Assembly (NCBI GenBank): GCA_051362555.1
Contig: CM120641.1
Span: 43,344,401 to 43,408,400, forward strand
DNA: 64,000 bases
Reading direction: 5' to 3'
DNA from: Lingula anatina
Lineage: Eukaryota > Animalia > Brachiopoda
The translations under genes and the position numbers were made by a program. Under the pieces are notes generated by a model. That model searched no databases. It was not told where the DNA came from and saw nothing but the letters and a program-made list of their open reading frames with translations. Of the stretch, positions 11,065 through 23,834 are shown piece after piece; the stretch's first letter is position 1; each line of letters opens with the position of its first letter.

Positions 11065-12616
11065 TAAGCCTACTTAGTGAACGTTACAGATACTGGATTG
11101 TTAACTTGAAGGTTGCGTGCAGTTGTGGATATATATTTTTTGTCTGTAGCACATCAAGCTAATGAGAAGGAACAGAATCCTGTTGTAACTACTATGCCTG
11201 AAACAGTGCCCATTGTTTGTGAAGAGAACATGGCAGAGGAAAATGAGAAGAGGTTGCTATACCCAATCAAGTCTGTGCCCTCCATACCAACAACGCTGAT
11301 TTTTGCTCTTCAGGTAAATATTGTAAGGGGCGACATAAACCACCTTGTATTTCCGTAATTACTGGAAACTAATCTCTATGATCATTGTGCTCTTGGACCC
11401 ATGTTAAACAAAAACTTGAAATATCCCCTTAATGTCACTCCCCTATATATTTTTCTTATGGCAGCTGCGTCCGTTTTGAAGATCTTTTTTAAATTCTGCA
11501 GGGAGGTTCCATCCCACACCCAATGTATACTTGCATTCTGTTTTTCTCTTCACGGTTCCAACATTTTACATTCCCAGCAAAGTGTGATGTGTATCACAGG
11601 CAGCGTCTCCATCCCTCTGATCGTTGTTAAGCTCATCTGTGCCGGCGACAACCAAGAGGTGCGGGCGGAACTGTTCAGCGCAACAATATTTGCTTGTGGG
11701 GTTGTAACATTGCTACAGTGTAGCGTTGGAGTTAGGTAAAACTGCTCTCTCTCTCTTTCTCTCTCTATCTTGTCAATCTTCATCATCATTTCAAAGCGGT
11801 TTTCCTAAAGTTTGGACCCTTTTACCCCTTTAGTTGACTTAATTCGACAAAAGGCATAGAGCCTAGATCAACTATTGATTAACAGTGTACTTATTGTGAT
11901 CAAATGGAAGGGGGGGTATTCTTTCTTTCCTGACACCCTCCCCACTGACCCCCTTGTCTACAGGACTGATAAACTTGCTTGTTCTGTGTTCTTTTCCAGA
12001 CTTCCAATCATCCAAGGCAGTAGTTTTTCCTTCATAGCACCTTTAATAGCCATGCTCACTATTGAGGGAGTGAAATGTCCAGAAAACGTGCCAAACGGTA
12101 AAACATTATTTTCTCTATTTACACTCTTTTGATGCGAACGTACATCAATATTAAGCAATTGTTGTGCTGTTTTATCTTAAAACATATTTGAAAGATTACT
12201 CCGTCATTCAAAAAACGGACTTATGTGACTTTTAAAAATGTCCAATTCTGTTTCGGTAATTTAGAGTCATATCTGATGAAGTACCCTAATTTATGGCTAC
12301 ATGTCCGTGTAAATGGCAAAGGAATCATTTTGTCCGTACAGATATTTCCAGCAGCTTTTATTCCAACACAACAAATAATGGAACCGTGAAAGAACAGGTC
12401 ACTTGGCAGGACAGACTTAACGAAGTCCAGGGGAGTCTCATGGTTGCCTCCCTCGTCCAAGTGATCTTAGGTGGTACGGGAGCCATCGGCGTTCTGGTGA
12501 ACTACATAGGACCTCTCACTATTGCCCCTACCGTAGCCATGATTGGACTGTCGGTATTTGATGTGTGCGCAGATTATGGATCTGTCCACTGGGGGATATG
12601 GGCACTGTAAGTTGAC

Positions 12617-12644
12617 CACACACACACACACACACACACACACA
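12617..12644. repeat. (CA)n microsatellite
   Basis: Directly visible. Confidence 0.9.
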
Positions 12645-15600
12645 TCAATGCCAAACCAAAAAATTTCGTCCCTGTACCATACATGCATGTATTATGATAA
12701 AAACCCATTTTATATTTGCCTCGTTATAATCACTGTTTTGGAAAAAAAATTACATCTTTTTGCCCCGGCCACCTCTTCCCCACTGGAAAAATATTTGCCA
12801 GTGCACACATTACATATATCCCTATTACGGACACCCTTGTGGACGGGGTATGCCAATTTGTTTACAGACTTTTCACACCACGTGCATATCTTATTCTTAT
12901 TAGTCTTATTCAATGACAACCATTTTTGGAAAAAATTATTTGTTATTTTAAAGATATTTATAACAAAAAGTCACAGATTAAAGATTGGTTGTGTTTGTCT
13001 TTTTTATTTTAATTTCTATCGTTTTGGTCCGTTTCAGAGCTCTTGCAGTCGGTTTTATTTGCGCTATTTACATGAGAAATGTGCAAGCTCCATTCCTGTG
13101 GTGGAACCGCGCCAGTGGCTGCCATAAAACCAGCTGTCAGATATTTGTATTGATACCGGTGGGTCGTTTTGTATTTTTAACGTCTGAAATATTATTGCAG
13201 ACACTGCAAAAAATGGAGCGTGATATATTTTTGTCTGCAGTGTTAAAACGGCGTTTTGTTAATGATCACAAATTACAGTTACGAAAAGTCCTAGAAGTTC
13301 CATTCATGTCATTCAGGTTTATTTATTCTTTTCATTAAAACCGAAATGTCTGGGAATGACTTATGTCGGCACGGCTGTCTTCTTGCAGTTTTTGTTGCCA
13401 CAAAATGAGAAAAACTCAGATATCTCCCCATGTTGCAGGCTATATTCATGATAGTGATTGCCTGGATAGTGAGCCTCATTCTGACTTTAACTGGAGCTCT
13501 CCCAGACGACCCTGGACACCCCCAATACAAGGCACGGACGGACGCTTACGTGGACGGCATTTACACTGCAAAGTGGTTCTTCTTCCCTTATCCAGGTAAT
13601 TTGGACGTCTAACCTCGATTTGTGTGCACTTGAGCGTGCAGACATACGTATTTCTTTATCAAGCTTATTGTCATACAGATCATACAAATTATGTTATGCC
13701 CAAATTAATCGTGGTGCACATTTTTATGATTAATAACATCAGTATAATAACAATTAAAATAGAATATTGTTGATTTTATTCGTACAAAATAATATAAACA
13801 AGTTTTTATGCTGTTTGGTTTGGTTTGTATGGCATGTTTATAGTGGTGGTTATCATTTGTGCCGTAACACCTTTTGTCTTTTATGCTTGTTTAATACTAA
13901 ATATATTTACGTTCATATTCCATTCATTTTTTCTTCAGGCAGATATGGCCTACCCACCGTTAGCGTAGGGGGTGTGGTCGGCATGATGGCCGCCACTATA
14001 GCTTCCACCATAGAGTCTATAGGGGACTACCACGCATGCGCCAGTGTATGTGAGATGCCACCCCCTCCCTCTCACGCCGTCAACAGGGGCATACTCACTG
14101 AAGGGATCGGTAGTATTATAGCAGGAAGTATAGGGACTGGGCATGGCACAACCTCCTTCAGTCAGTGCATTGGAATCATTGGAATTACTAAAGTGAGCTT
14201 ACACACGTTTTTAAAGTAACAGCGAAGTAAATCTAGCACCAAGGATAATTTGTTAAAACGTGACATGTAAATTCTATTTTTTTTATCAATGTCGGTAGTT
14301 GCTATCAGTCACATTCTTTATTGTCACAGAAAGAAACACGCTATCTTGCCTTCGATTTTTTCTAAAGCATCTCGTGGCCGTAGTATTTACGCGTGTGATT
14401 CTATTTTGTTGGTCAGACAAGCACGTAGGCTACAGCTCTCACTTAAAGGATTTTTTTTACATACTTATCAACTTAGGTCGGCAGTCTGAGGGTGTTCCAG
14501 ACAGCAGGTATATTGATGATAGTTCTTGGAGTCATTGGAAAGTTTGGTGCCACCCTGGCGGCCATTCCCGACCCCGTCCAAGGCGCCATTATCACCCTGG
14601 GGACAGCCATGGTGATCTCAGTGGGTCTGTCAAACCTGGAGTTCATCGACATGAGATCCTCCCGTAATATGGCCATCCTATGAACATCACTGATGTGTGG
14701 CCTTCTGGTACCGTACTGGATGAGGAAGAATCCAACAGCGGTCAGAACAGGTACTTATTAAGTATTTAATATTAAAGAGTGAAGATGTTTTCACTTCAAT
14801 TTATTTTCAGTTTTCTTAAGAAACACGTGTTGTCAACTGAACACAACGACACGCACATGATAAACAAGTTTGCTTAAATAGCGTATAGGGGGGCCTATTA
14901 ACGAAATGCAGGCGTATGACGATATTGGCGTATGTGATGATATGGCAATTTTGATAATCCTTAACTTTCGTTGTTGTGCACCATATAACGTTCTTTTGCT
15001 CATATTTAAGGTGTAAGTGAGATTGACCAACTATTCGCAGTATTTTTGACCACGCCCATGTTCATAAGTGGACTATTGGGGTTCTTCCTGGATAATACAG
15101 TCCCTGGTAAGTTCATAGGCCACTTTTCTATTTATTTCAATTAAACGCTGCACTTCAGGTGCTTCTTTTTCTTATACTGCTATATTCGATAACGATGTAT
15201 GGTAGTGCTCTGGTGAACACACGCACACACACACACACACACGTATGGAGTGAGCAGCGCTGGTGCCGCCTCGTTCTTTACTGAAAACTGACCGGTACAT
15301 GTGTGTCTCCATATGTCTCAGTCTGATCAGTGGACTTCAACAGTGACGATCCGCCGCCAGGTCTTATGATTTCTGGTTATTCTTTCATGTGAAATTAGCT
15401 TATTTTTATAACATTGTCAGCGATATAACCATCTTGAGAAAAGATTGAAAATTGCATTAAACATTAGCCCTAAGCATGGTTGACAAACTGGCGTCTAGTT
15501 TACTTTCTTGTTTTTTTCTAGGTACTATGGAAGAAAGAGGAATAAAAAGATGGAAAGAGAGTCTCTCTGGAAACTCTGCAGCGGTTTTGCAAGGAAGCCT

Positions 15601-17439
15601 GAAAGATTACGACATTCCTTTCGTGTCCGCATGGATGAGAAAAATAAAATGTTTTAAGCTCGTGCCTTTCTTACCGCCGTATGACGAGAAAAATTTGCAA
15701 CTGTGCCGCAGCCTTTTCAGAAGGATCAAAAGCAAACAAAATCGATAATTTTTAGAGCACATTGTTAGTAGTTTATGTTACACTAATTATTGTAATAAAA
15801 AAAAACAAGATACGGGGTAGAACAGCCCTAAACAAAGGAACATCTAAGATGCGGAACACTCAAATGTTAAAGATGCAAATAGTGTTGGACCGTTTATTCG
15901 TCTAGAAAAAATATAAAATTTCTTTATCAAAAAACTTCAGCTAAATATACGTTTCGTTGTTGGCGATTCCACTGTTCGTCGCCTTAATTGTGAGGGCTGT
16001 TGACATGGCCGAAGTGCCTGATATCGAGGGGGCTGCCACGGTACGCTGCCGGGCAGCACCCCAAGAGTTGTACACGGCGCTGGCGGACCTGGTCAGCCCC
16101 GTTCTGCAGGCTGGTCCGCACTTGTTGATTTTGATGGGTTGCCCCCCCCCCCCCCCTCCCACCACCACCACCAGTGGCACCAAATCGTTGGGAGAGCTCC
16201 TTGCTCTCCTCTTCGCCATATTGCACACCATGGCTCTGCCACCTCATATCAACGGGCCAGGGTGATATTGTTCCCGTCAACCAGCTGCGACTTTAACCCC
16301 CGAGAGGGGCTCTTGCGGGCCATATCATGTTTTAGCGGCCGTGGACCCCCGCTGCCGTGATGGGCGGTCTGCAAGCAGCCATTGACGATGTGGTAACAGT
16401 TCCTCTGCCACCGGGTTCCAGCTTCCGACGAGTAGTGGTTCGGTCCCCCTGCAGTGCGACGATCCCCTCCCCAGAGTGACCCAGAGGCCACCGGACCCTC
16501 CGCCTTCGACCGCCGCTGTCCGACGACGAAGACGATATATATGTGGGACTAGTTCTGTACATTCTGCACATTCCACATTTTTCTTCCTATTGTTTAATAA
16601 GAAGCCGAGCACTGTTGAAGTTCACCACTTTTGTTGTGTTTTTGCATGTTCTTTCAATATGCAGTTTTAGTAGTTTTCCATTTTGGCCGGAGGCCAAACT
16701 TCTTGCGGACGAGAGGTCAGTAGTGTTATACAATTTGTCCTTGTCTTTAAATTAAAATTACAATCACAGAAGAGAAGAGAAACCAAAATTAGAAACAAAA
16801 GTGTCTGTAGAGTAATAGGCCTAAATTTAAATAATGAAGGTAGCCTACATCTCGTAGCCTATAAGAGGAATAAATTAAGACTACCTGGAAAACAATTTTA
16901 GCTGTTGTGTGTATTCAAGCCGCCGTTCTCTCAAAAATTAGTAACCAACCAAGGTTACAATTTTACTGCACGTTATGTCCACAACTTCAAGTAGGCCTAT
17001 ATTTTTTTCACAATTCGTTAGTCCATTATGTCCAAGGCCTAAGGTTTTATAAGAAACAGTGGATGGCAAAAAATACGCATTTGGGGGATTTTCAAGCCCA
17101 TGGCCTAACTGGATAAATGCTCGTGTCAAAAATTCAGTTGAAAATTGTCTGTTGGCTGAAATTCCTTTAACTTTCCTGATAATATCAGAATGCATACGTA
17201 ACAATAACAGGGGGTAGATCTAATAATGGGCGACAGCTCCGACTGTTTCCATTTTCAAAATGCCTCCCCCCTCCCCCCCTCCCACCCACATTCGGTAAAC
17301 TAGAATGACTTTAGTTTCTTTAGACCTTTGTAAACAGTGGGTGAAAATGATGCCGAGATACCAATAATATATGCTAATTACAGGCCCTTTGATTATGTCC
17401 ATGTCTTTTCCTCTTCATTAGACATTCATGAATGAAGGC

Positions 17440-17527
17440 CCTGGTGCTTATTATCGTATCTCGTAACTTCGCTGAAAACCCTCTAACCAACCAATAACAT
17501 TTAGTCAAATTATTTACTGCGGTACAG
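17440..17527 (+). other. Candidate non-coding first exon of the acyl-CoA oxidase gene
   Basis: Consensus donor CAG|GTAAGG at 17527. The ATG at 19741 directly follows a TTTTAG acceptor, which implies an upstream UTR exon. The start coordinate is approximate. Confidence 0.4.
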
Positions 17528-19740
17528 GTAAGGTACAAAGGTTAGTTTGCTGTAGCAGCTGATGGTTGAGTAACTTGACATCTAAACAAGATTCAAAGGC
17601 AAGTACTAGATGGCAAATTATCATGTAATCCAGAGTTTTAAATGTGATGTTTAGCAAAAGTAAGGCTCCTTGTGCAGTATAATCCCAAACTTACAAGTTT
17701 TTGATTTTCAGAGCTTTGATAATGCATTGAACCCAAAAATGTTTTTGCATTTATCAACACGCTGTAAACTCTCTTAAAAATAAGTCAAATAGATTATATA
17801 TACGATAACTGAGATCCCTTCTATAACATATTGGGTATTGTAATGATTTTGAAGTTAAGCGCTTATCATTTTTGAACGGGTTAAATTGCATTAAATTGCA
17901 TTATTTCATTCACAAATTGAACAGTGTTAGTGTGCCAGCTAGTCTGCCACACCAAGAAATGATATAGGATATCTAATTCCTTACTAGTAGTCACACCCAG
18001 CACAAAGGGTGGATTAAGTAGAATGGAAAGCTGCATTTCATTGTGCATTAGACCCTGCAGTTTTACCAGGTACAGTACCAAACAATTGTTTTCACTTGTC
18101 CCTGTGTAAGCACACTGAAGAAAGAAACAAATTTTGTTTTTTTCTAAAACCATTTACAGACATGAACATGACTGCCTGAAATGGCAGAGAACCTGCAAGA
18201 TTTTTTATACTGCGGGTCCTCTGGATGTCTAAGGTTTATGTGAAAATGCAATATATACTAGTATTAATAAATCAAATGTAAACATAGATTAAAGGAAATA
18301 AAATGGTAACTTTGGACCAGCATAGATTTGGGAAGACCTGCAGTTTTCTTGTTATCCAGGTCCTTTAGTATCTTCAAATTTTTCCCATGTCTGCATTTAT
18401 GTGGTAACTTTTGTCACTGTCTGTGTTACACAAAGGACTTTGTTTGGCACTTTACTGAATGATTTTTAAAGGTTTTATTGGAAAATTCAAGCCCATTTAA
18501 AAATAATAAGAGCTGAGCTCATGTTAGGGATGAACATAAAAAAACCTGAAAGTGGATTGCAAAACTTATTTATTTAAATATCAGAGGCATTGGTGAACAT
18601 TACCACAAAAAGGATTTATGGAAAAAAAATCAGAGACTTGCATGTTTATAAGTTTGGGGACATACTGCATAACTATCAAAGAAAGCATTTGCCTTCATTT
18701 TATATCAATTTATTGTAATGTGCCTTAAGGTTGCTGTGAACTATAAGCGTCATTTTGTCTGTCATACTAAAACAATCCATTGTGAAATGAATACCCAGCT
18801 GAAATGAAATAAAGTATTTACAACAGTGTATTCCACACAACAAAGAGACCATGTTATCACATCCACAGAGTTGGTCACTTGTGTCCTGGCAGGGCAGTTA
18901 AGATCTTATCAGACTGGAATATATTACTGTTGTTGTGGTAATACATTCAACTGAGTTTCTTGATCTGGATCTTATCTGTGCATAGTCTATGACCCGGAAA
19001 AAAATAATGTTTTAGGTTACTCACCTGTGATTGAAGGCACAGATTTAACTATACTCATATTTCATTGGCCTGTGGCTAAGTAGATAACTGTTTGCAATAA
19101 AAAGACACATTTGAGAGATATAACTGCTGAGAATCATGAATGTAATACATAATAGAGTATAATTTTGATTTTTTTTCTTTCTTTTAGCGTCGTGCTGTTT
19201 GCATGATAATTTGGCAAGTGTTACATTAAAATTATTCTCATGTCATCCTCTCACTTTTCAGCATTCCATTACGGTTGTTTCCAGATTCATTTATATCATT
19301 TGAATATGTTTTGGAATAGAACTTTGCTAACTAAACAAATGCAAAATTTGCTGCTTTTCATTCTTGTAAATCACTTATCTTTTTTCGGGCAAATGTGCCT
19401 GTTTTGGCATGACACTTGCAGAAAGACATTTTTAGATTATTTAGCATATCCAGCAATTAACTTTGTTACATTAAAAGTACTTGCCAAGTTTTGTTTTGGA
19501 CTGAGCCATTTAAGTCTGCATTAAGAATATCTTTAAAACTTAGTCATGGTTGTTTGAAATATCCAAAGCATAGATAATAAATACTTTTTTAGTTATATCA
19601 GTTGATAATTGCATTAAATTGATTTTTATTACTACTTACTAGAATTGGGAGCATATTGTACTGTAAAAATGTTATCTATAGAATTATTTAACAAACTAAC
19701 TTTATACTTATTAGCAGGTATATACCATTTGATATTTTAG

Positions 19741-22408
19741 ATGGCTGCTGTCTCAAGAATATCTGTACTACTAAGGCACTTGACCAAACAAACAAGAGCA
19801 TTTCATCAGCAGAAAGTATGCAGCTCTGCATTACTCCAGGTAAAACAAGGGTTAGGTGTTTCATGTCTCCGCCCTGTAGCCACAGCCTCTGCTCTCAAAC
19901 CAGAGAGTTTACGCAGCGAGTGGGAGAAACCGTCCTTTGACATGGAGAAGATGACGGCACTGTTGGATCACGACAATCATGAGATGAGGAAGAAATTCCG
20001 AGAATATCTCAGCAATGACCCAGACATCATTCCCCAGTATAACATCCCACTGGAAGAAGAGAGAGAAAAAGCCTTGAAGATTCTCCAGCGGATCTGCGAC
20101 TTGCAATTCATCTCTGTGCTCGACTTCAAAAACAACCCCTTGCGTATCTTTGCTGCCCATGAACTGGTGGCTATCATTGATCCTGCCACGGCCACCAAGA
20201 TGACAGTGCAGTTCAACCTGTTTGGAGGGACCGTGCTGAAATTGGGAACCGAGAGACACCTGAATAAACTACTGGCAGGTCTGTAATGCAGTGTGAATTA
20301 TTGCCAATTTTATTATAAAGTTTTCATAAAAAATGGCAAACGCACATTTAATTCACATGTTAACTCACCCTGCTTTTGTAATTGAATTCAAGTTTTGCAT
20401 AATGCATTGTTTACCATCTAAATGTTATCAACTTAATAAGTATAAAGATAGGATTAGAAAAAAAGAAATTATTAGTTTTTGAATAAAATCCACCAGAACC
20501 CACCATCAATTCTCATATATAAAAAAAAAAAAAAAAAAAAAAACATTCACATTTTCTCAGGTGGTATTTTCTTTATATTTTCAGGAATTGACACCTTAGA
20601 TGATATTGGCTGCTTTGGGCTTACAGAACTTGGCTATGGCAACAATGCAGTAGAGATGGAAACAACAGCTGTGTATGACAAGAGCACTCAGGAGTTTGTG
20701 ATCAACACCCCGACCCCCCTGGCTCAGAAATACTGGATCACTAATGGCGCAATACATGCCAAGCACTGCGTGGTCTTTGCACAGTTGATAGTGGACGGAC
20801 AAAACCATGGGATCCACGGAGTGCTGGTGCGTATCCGTGACGATGACCTGAAAACCATGCCCAATGTGTTGATAGAGGATATGGGTCACAAGATGGGACT
20901 AAATGGAGTTGATAATGCCAAGTTATCTTTTAATAACGTAAGAGTGCCCAGAGAGAATTTGCTGAACAAGTATTCTGATGTTGCAGAGGATGGCACCTTC
21001 ACCACCTCTATCAAGGGGAACAGGGCCAGGTTCCTCACAGTGGCTGACCAGTTGCTGTCTGGGCGTATCTGCATTGCTAGTATGGGGCAGGGGGCTGCCA
21101 AGGCCGGACTCACCATAGCACTGAGATATGCTGCTACACGCCTCACAGTTGGAGCCTCAGGAAAATCAGACACGCCTATTCTTAAGTATCAGCTCCAGCA
21201 GAGGGCGCTCATCCCATTCTTGGCCAACACCTACGCCATGAACTTTGCCTTGGACTACGTGAAAGATCGCTGGGCTTTTCAGAAACCAGATGGTTCAGAG
21301 CACCAGGAGGTGGTCACAATGTGCTGTGCTATCAAGGCCCTAGCTGGTTGGTATGGTGAAGAAATGGCGTCGGTTGGCAGAGAGAGATGTGGAGGGCAAG
21401 GCTACTTGTCGTGCAACAGGTTTGGCACTTTCCTCGGCGCCGCCCATGCTGCGCTGACCGCAGAGGGAGACAACAGTGTCCTGATGCAGAAAGTCGCCAA
21501 GGAAGTCTTGGAGATGTTCATGACCAACCCCCCTAACGTTACAGAGGTGACCACAGAGAACCTGAACAACCTGGACTACCTGCACTTCTTGATGCAGAAG
21601 AGGGAGATTACCCTGTTCATGACACTGGGAATGAAGATGATGGAAGCTGGTAAAGAAGGTACAGTAACTGTTGAATGAATTCAAACAACATAAATTAATA
21701 ATCTTCTACCCCCAAAAGTATTATGATCATAATACTCAAGCATTTCCTTTTCAAAAGTTATGAAGAATTACTTGGTTTTTTGTAAGTTATGACATTGTTG
21801 TGAGTGTCTGAAAATGATTAATCTTAAAAAAATTCACACGCACGCACACACTCACACACACAAACACACACACACACACACACAGAGAGAGAGTGAGGGT
21901 TACAAAAGTTTTAATTTTAAAGACCTTAACTATTTCATACTATTTGAACAAAATGTTGTCTTTTTTTTTTACGGAAAGAGTATATAACTTAAAGTTGATC
22001 ATTTTCTATTCTATTCCTGTAGGGAGGTTTGATGCTTGGATGTACAGATGCAGTGACCTGGTCCAAGGGGCTGCCCGCGCATACGGAGAGCGCCTCATCA
22101 GTGAGCAATTTCAAGCAGCTATCGACAGAGCAGATGCATCACTGAAACCTATCCTGACGCAGCTACGCCACCTATATCTCATCAACACCATAGAAAAAGA
22201 CTTGGGTTGGTTTGTAACCTCGGAAACCATGACAGTGCCTACTGGGCGTCAGGTGAATGAAGTAGCGGCCGAGCTCTGTCGCCAGATTGCACCTCAGTCT
22301 CTGGCACTTTCTGATGCCTTTGCTGTGCCAGATGCATTGCTGTCTGCCCCCATTGCCATGGACTGGGTCAAATATAATGAAAGGGATAATCAGGGAGAAG
22401 TGGTTTAA
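19741..22408 (+). CDS. Acyl-CoA oxidase family flavoprotein, 665 aa, N-terminal PTS2
   Basis: Exons 19741-20278, 20585-21658 and 22023-22408 (1998 nt). Motifs [43 protein letters not shown] and catalytic-Glu [11 protein letters not shown], plus a C-terminal ACOX domain. Confidence 0.93.
21836..21892. repeat. Compound (CA)n/(GA)n microsatellite
   Basis: Directly visible. Confidence 0.85.
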
Positions 22409-23819
22409 GCCATGGAATGCTTTTTTTATACAGTTTAACAGTGCATGTGATATTTAGATGGCAGACATATACAGTATTAACTCCTCTGAGAATGAGATGA
22501 ATGAACAATTTTCCCCCAAGAAGTGTTTTTTAACTAAGTATTATCTAACTATGTTAAATCTGAAGTATGTAAATTTGGTCTGCTTCATGGTGTATGTTTT
22601 GTTAGTGACAACAAATAAGTCTTCTAAAAGAAAAGTAGACAGTGAGGCACTTGAAGAAAAACTAATTATCCAAAACCAAATGCCTGGAAAAAAATAAAAA
22701 GAGTGTTTACTGGGTGTACATATTTATACAGATAACTTTTTCTCAGACTTTAGATGAACAGGGTTTGTTATTGTAAATGAGACCTATTATCTAGACAAAA
22801 TGTTGTTCCAAAGTGTTGCCATTTTACTTTATTGCTGAGACGTATAAAGGTTTTTCTGCTACAGAATCGATTTGACCAAAAGAGTAACAGCATTTACCTG
22901 TAGTAAATGTGGAAACCTGCTGGCAACCTGCCTAGATCAAATATTTTTATATGTAAGATATTGTCCTCACTGTATCTTTTTGTAAATAATTTTATGTAAT
23001 ATATTTATGAATTAGACAGATTATTTGGTTATATTTCTCTTTGACACATTTGGACTAGAGGATAGTAATAGAAATTAATTAAGTAAAGACATTTTGAATT
23101 TTACATTGGAATATATGATGGACAAGCTTGTTTTGAGGAATGAAAATTTATATGAATTTGAAATAAAGATACTGATGATCTTGTTCTTTCCATAGCTTTT
23201 TTAAATAAAATTAATTGAAAATATTGAAAGCTTCAGTTTTTGAACAGCATAAAATGTGGAGCACAGAGCTTAAACTTAACATCTTTTAACAATATTTTTT
23301 TCAGATATTTGATTAAAAGAGCTCCTGAACTTAAGCCTATTAGAAATAATTACCACATTTAAATTCAGGATTTCTATTTAAGACACTGAAGCTTTCAGAG
23401 TGCAAATGTTGCGTACTGTATTTGCATGACATACATGTAAATATAGCTTCCCTATGTGTTTACTTTTGTTTTAAAATTTTATTATTAGTCTCTTCACTTA
23501 AAACTTAATTTTTACAGTTTAATATTCAACAAAATGGCCATTATTTTTTAAATGTCCCAAATATAAAACAGCTGTTTTTCTGTGGTTAGAACGCGGCAAG
23601 TTTATCCTAGCTAGGTCAACAATTATGTTTGTGGTGAATGCGTGATGATCACCTCTAACAAAATACCACTTCTTGTAGAAAACGAAAGTGGGAGTGGACT
23701 GAAGTATTAAAGCCAAAATCAGCATTTGGTTTTGCTATGTTTTAAGTTTGCTACTTCACTGCTGCCATGCAGAAAACAAAGTACATTAATAATGGCATAA
23801 TAACATGGTATTTTCACAT

Positions 23820-23834
23820 TTTATTTCTTTATTT
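23820..23834 (-). terminator. Candidate tandem AATAAA poly(A) signals of the EGF-ligand gene
   Basis: Two TTTATT on + about 2.2 kb past the stop at 26038. Usage is not demonstrable from sequence. Confidence 0.4.

Larger units (their letters stand above)
10315..15748 (+). pseudogene. SLC23/NAT paralog B with a premature TGA in exon 9 (young pseudogene, null allele or base error)
   Basis: Exons 10315-10351, 11150-11313, 11578-11735, 12000-12097, 12342-12606, 13038-13158, 13439-13595, 13939-14192, 14477-14750, 15011-15106, 15522-15748 (1851 nt, same phases as A). The only lesion is TGA at 14681-14683 (codon 487), where A has GGA at 8384-8386. Confidence 0.8.

Noticed and set aside
5343-14676. 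Antisense and alternative-frame ORFs over SLC23 exons that recur in both paralogs
   Set aside because: They are shadows of the conserved sense exons.
14681-15950. Selenocysteine recoding of the SLC23-B TGA
   Set aside because: The aligned residue is Gly rather than Cys, the change is a single G-to-T, and I see no SECIS-like AUGA..AA..GA stem after the stop at 15748 (not formally scanned).
19909-21684. Minus-strand ORFs within the oxidase
   Set aside because: Antisense shadows with no independent features.
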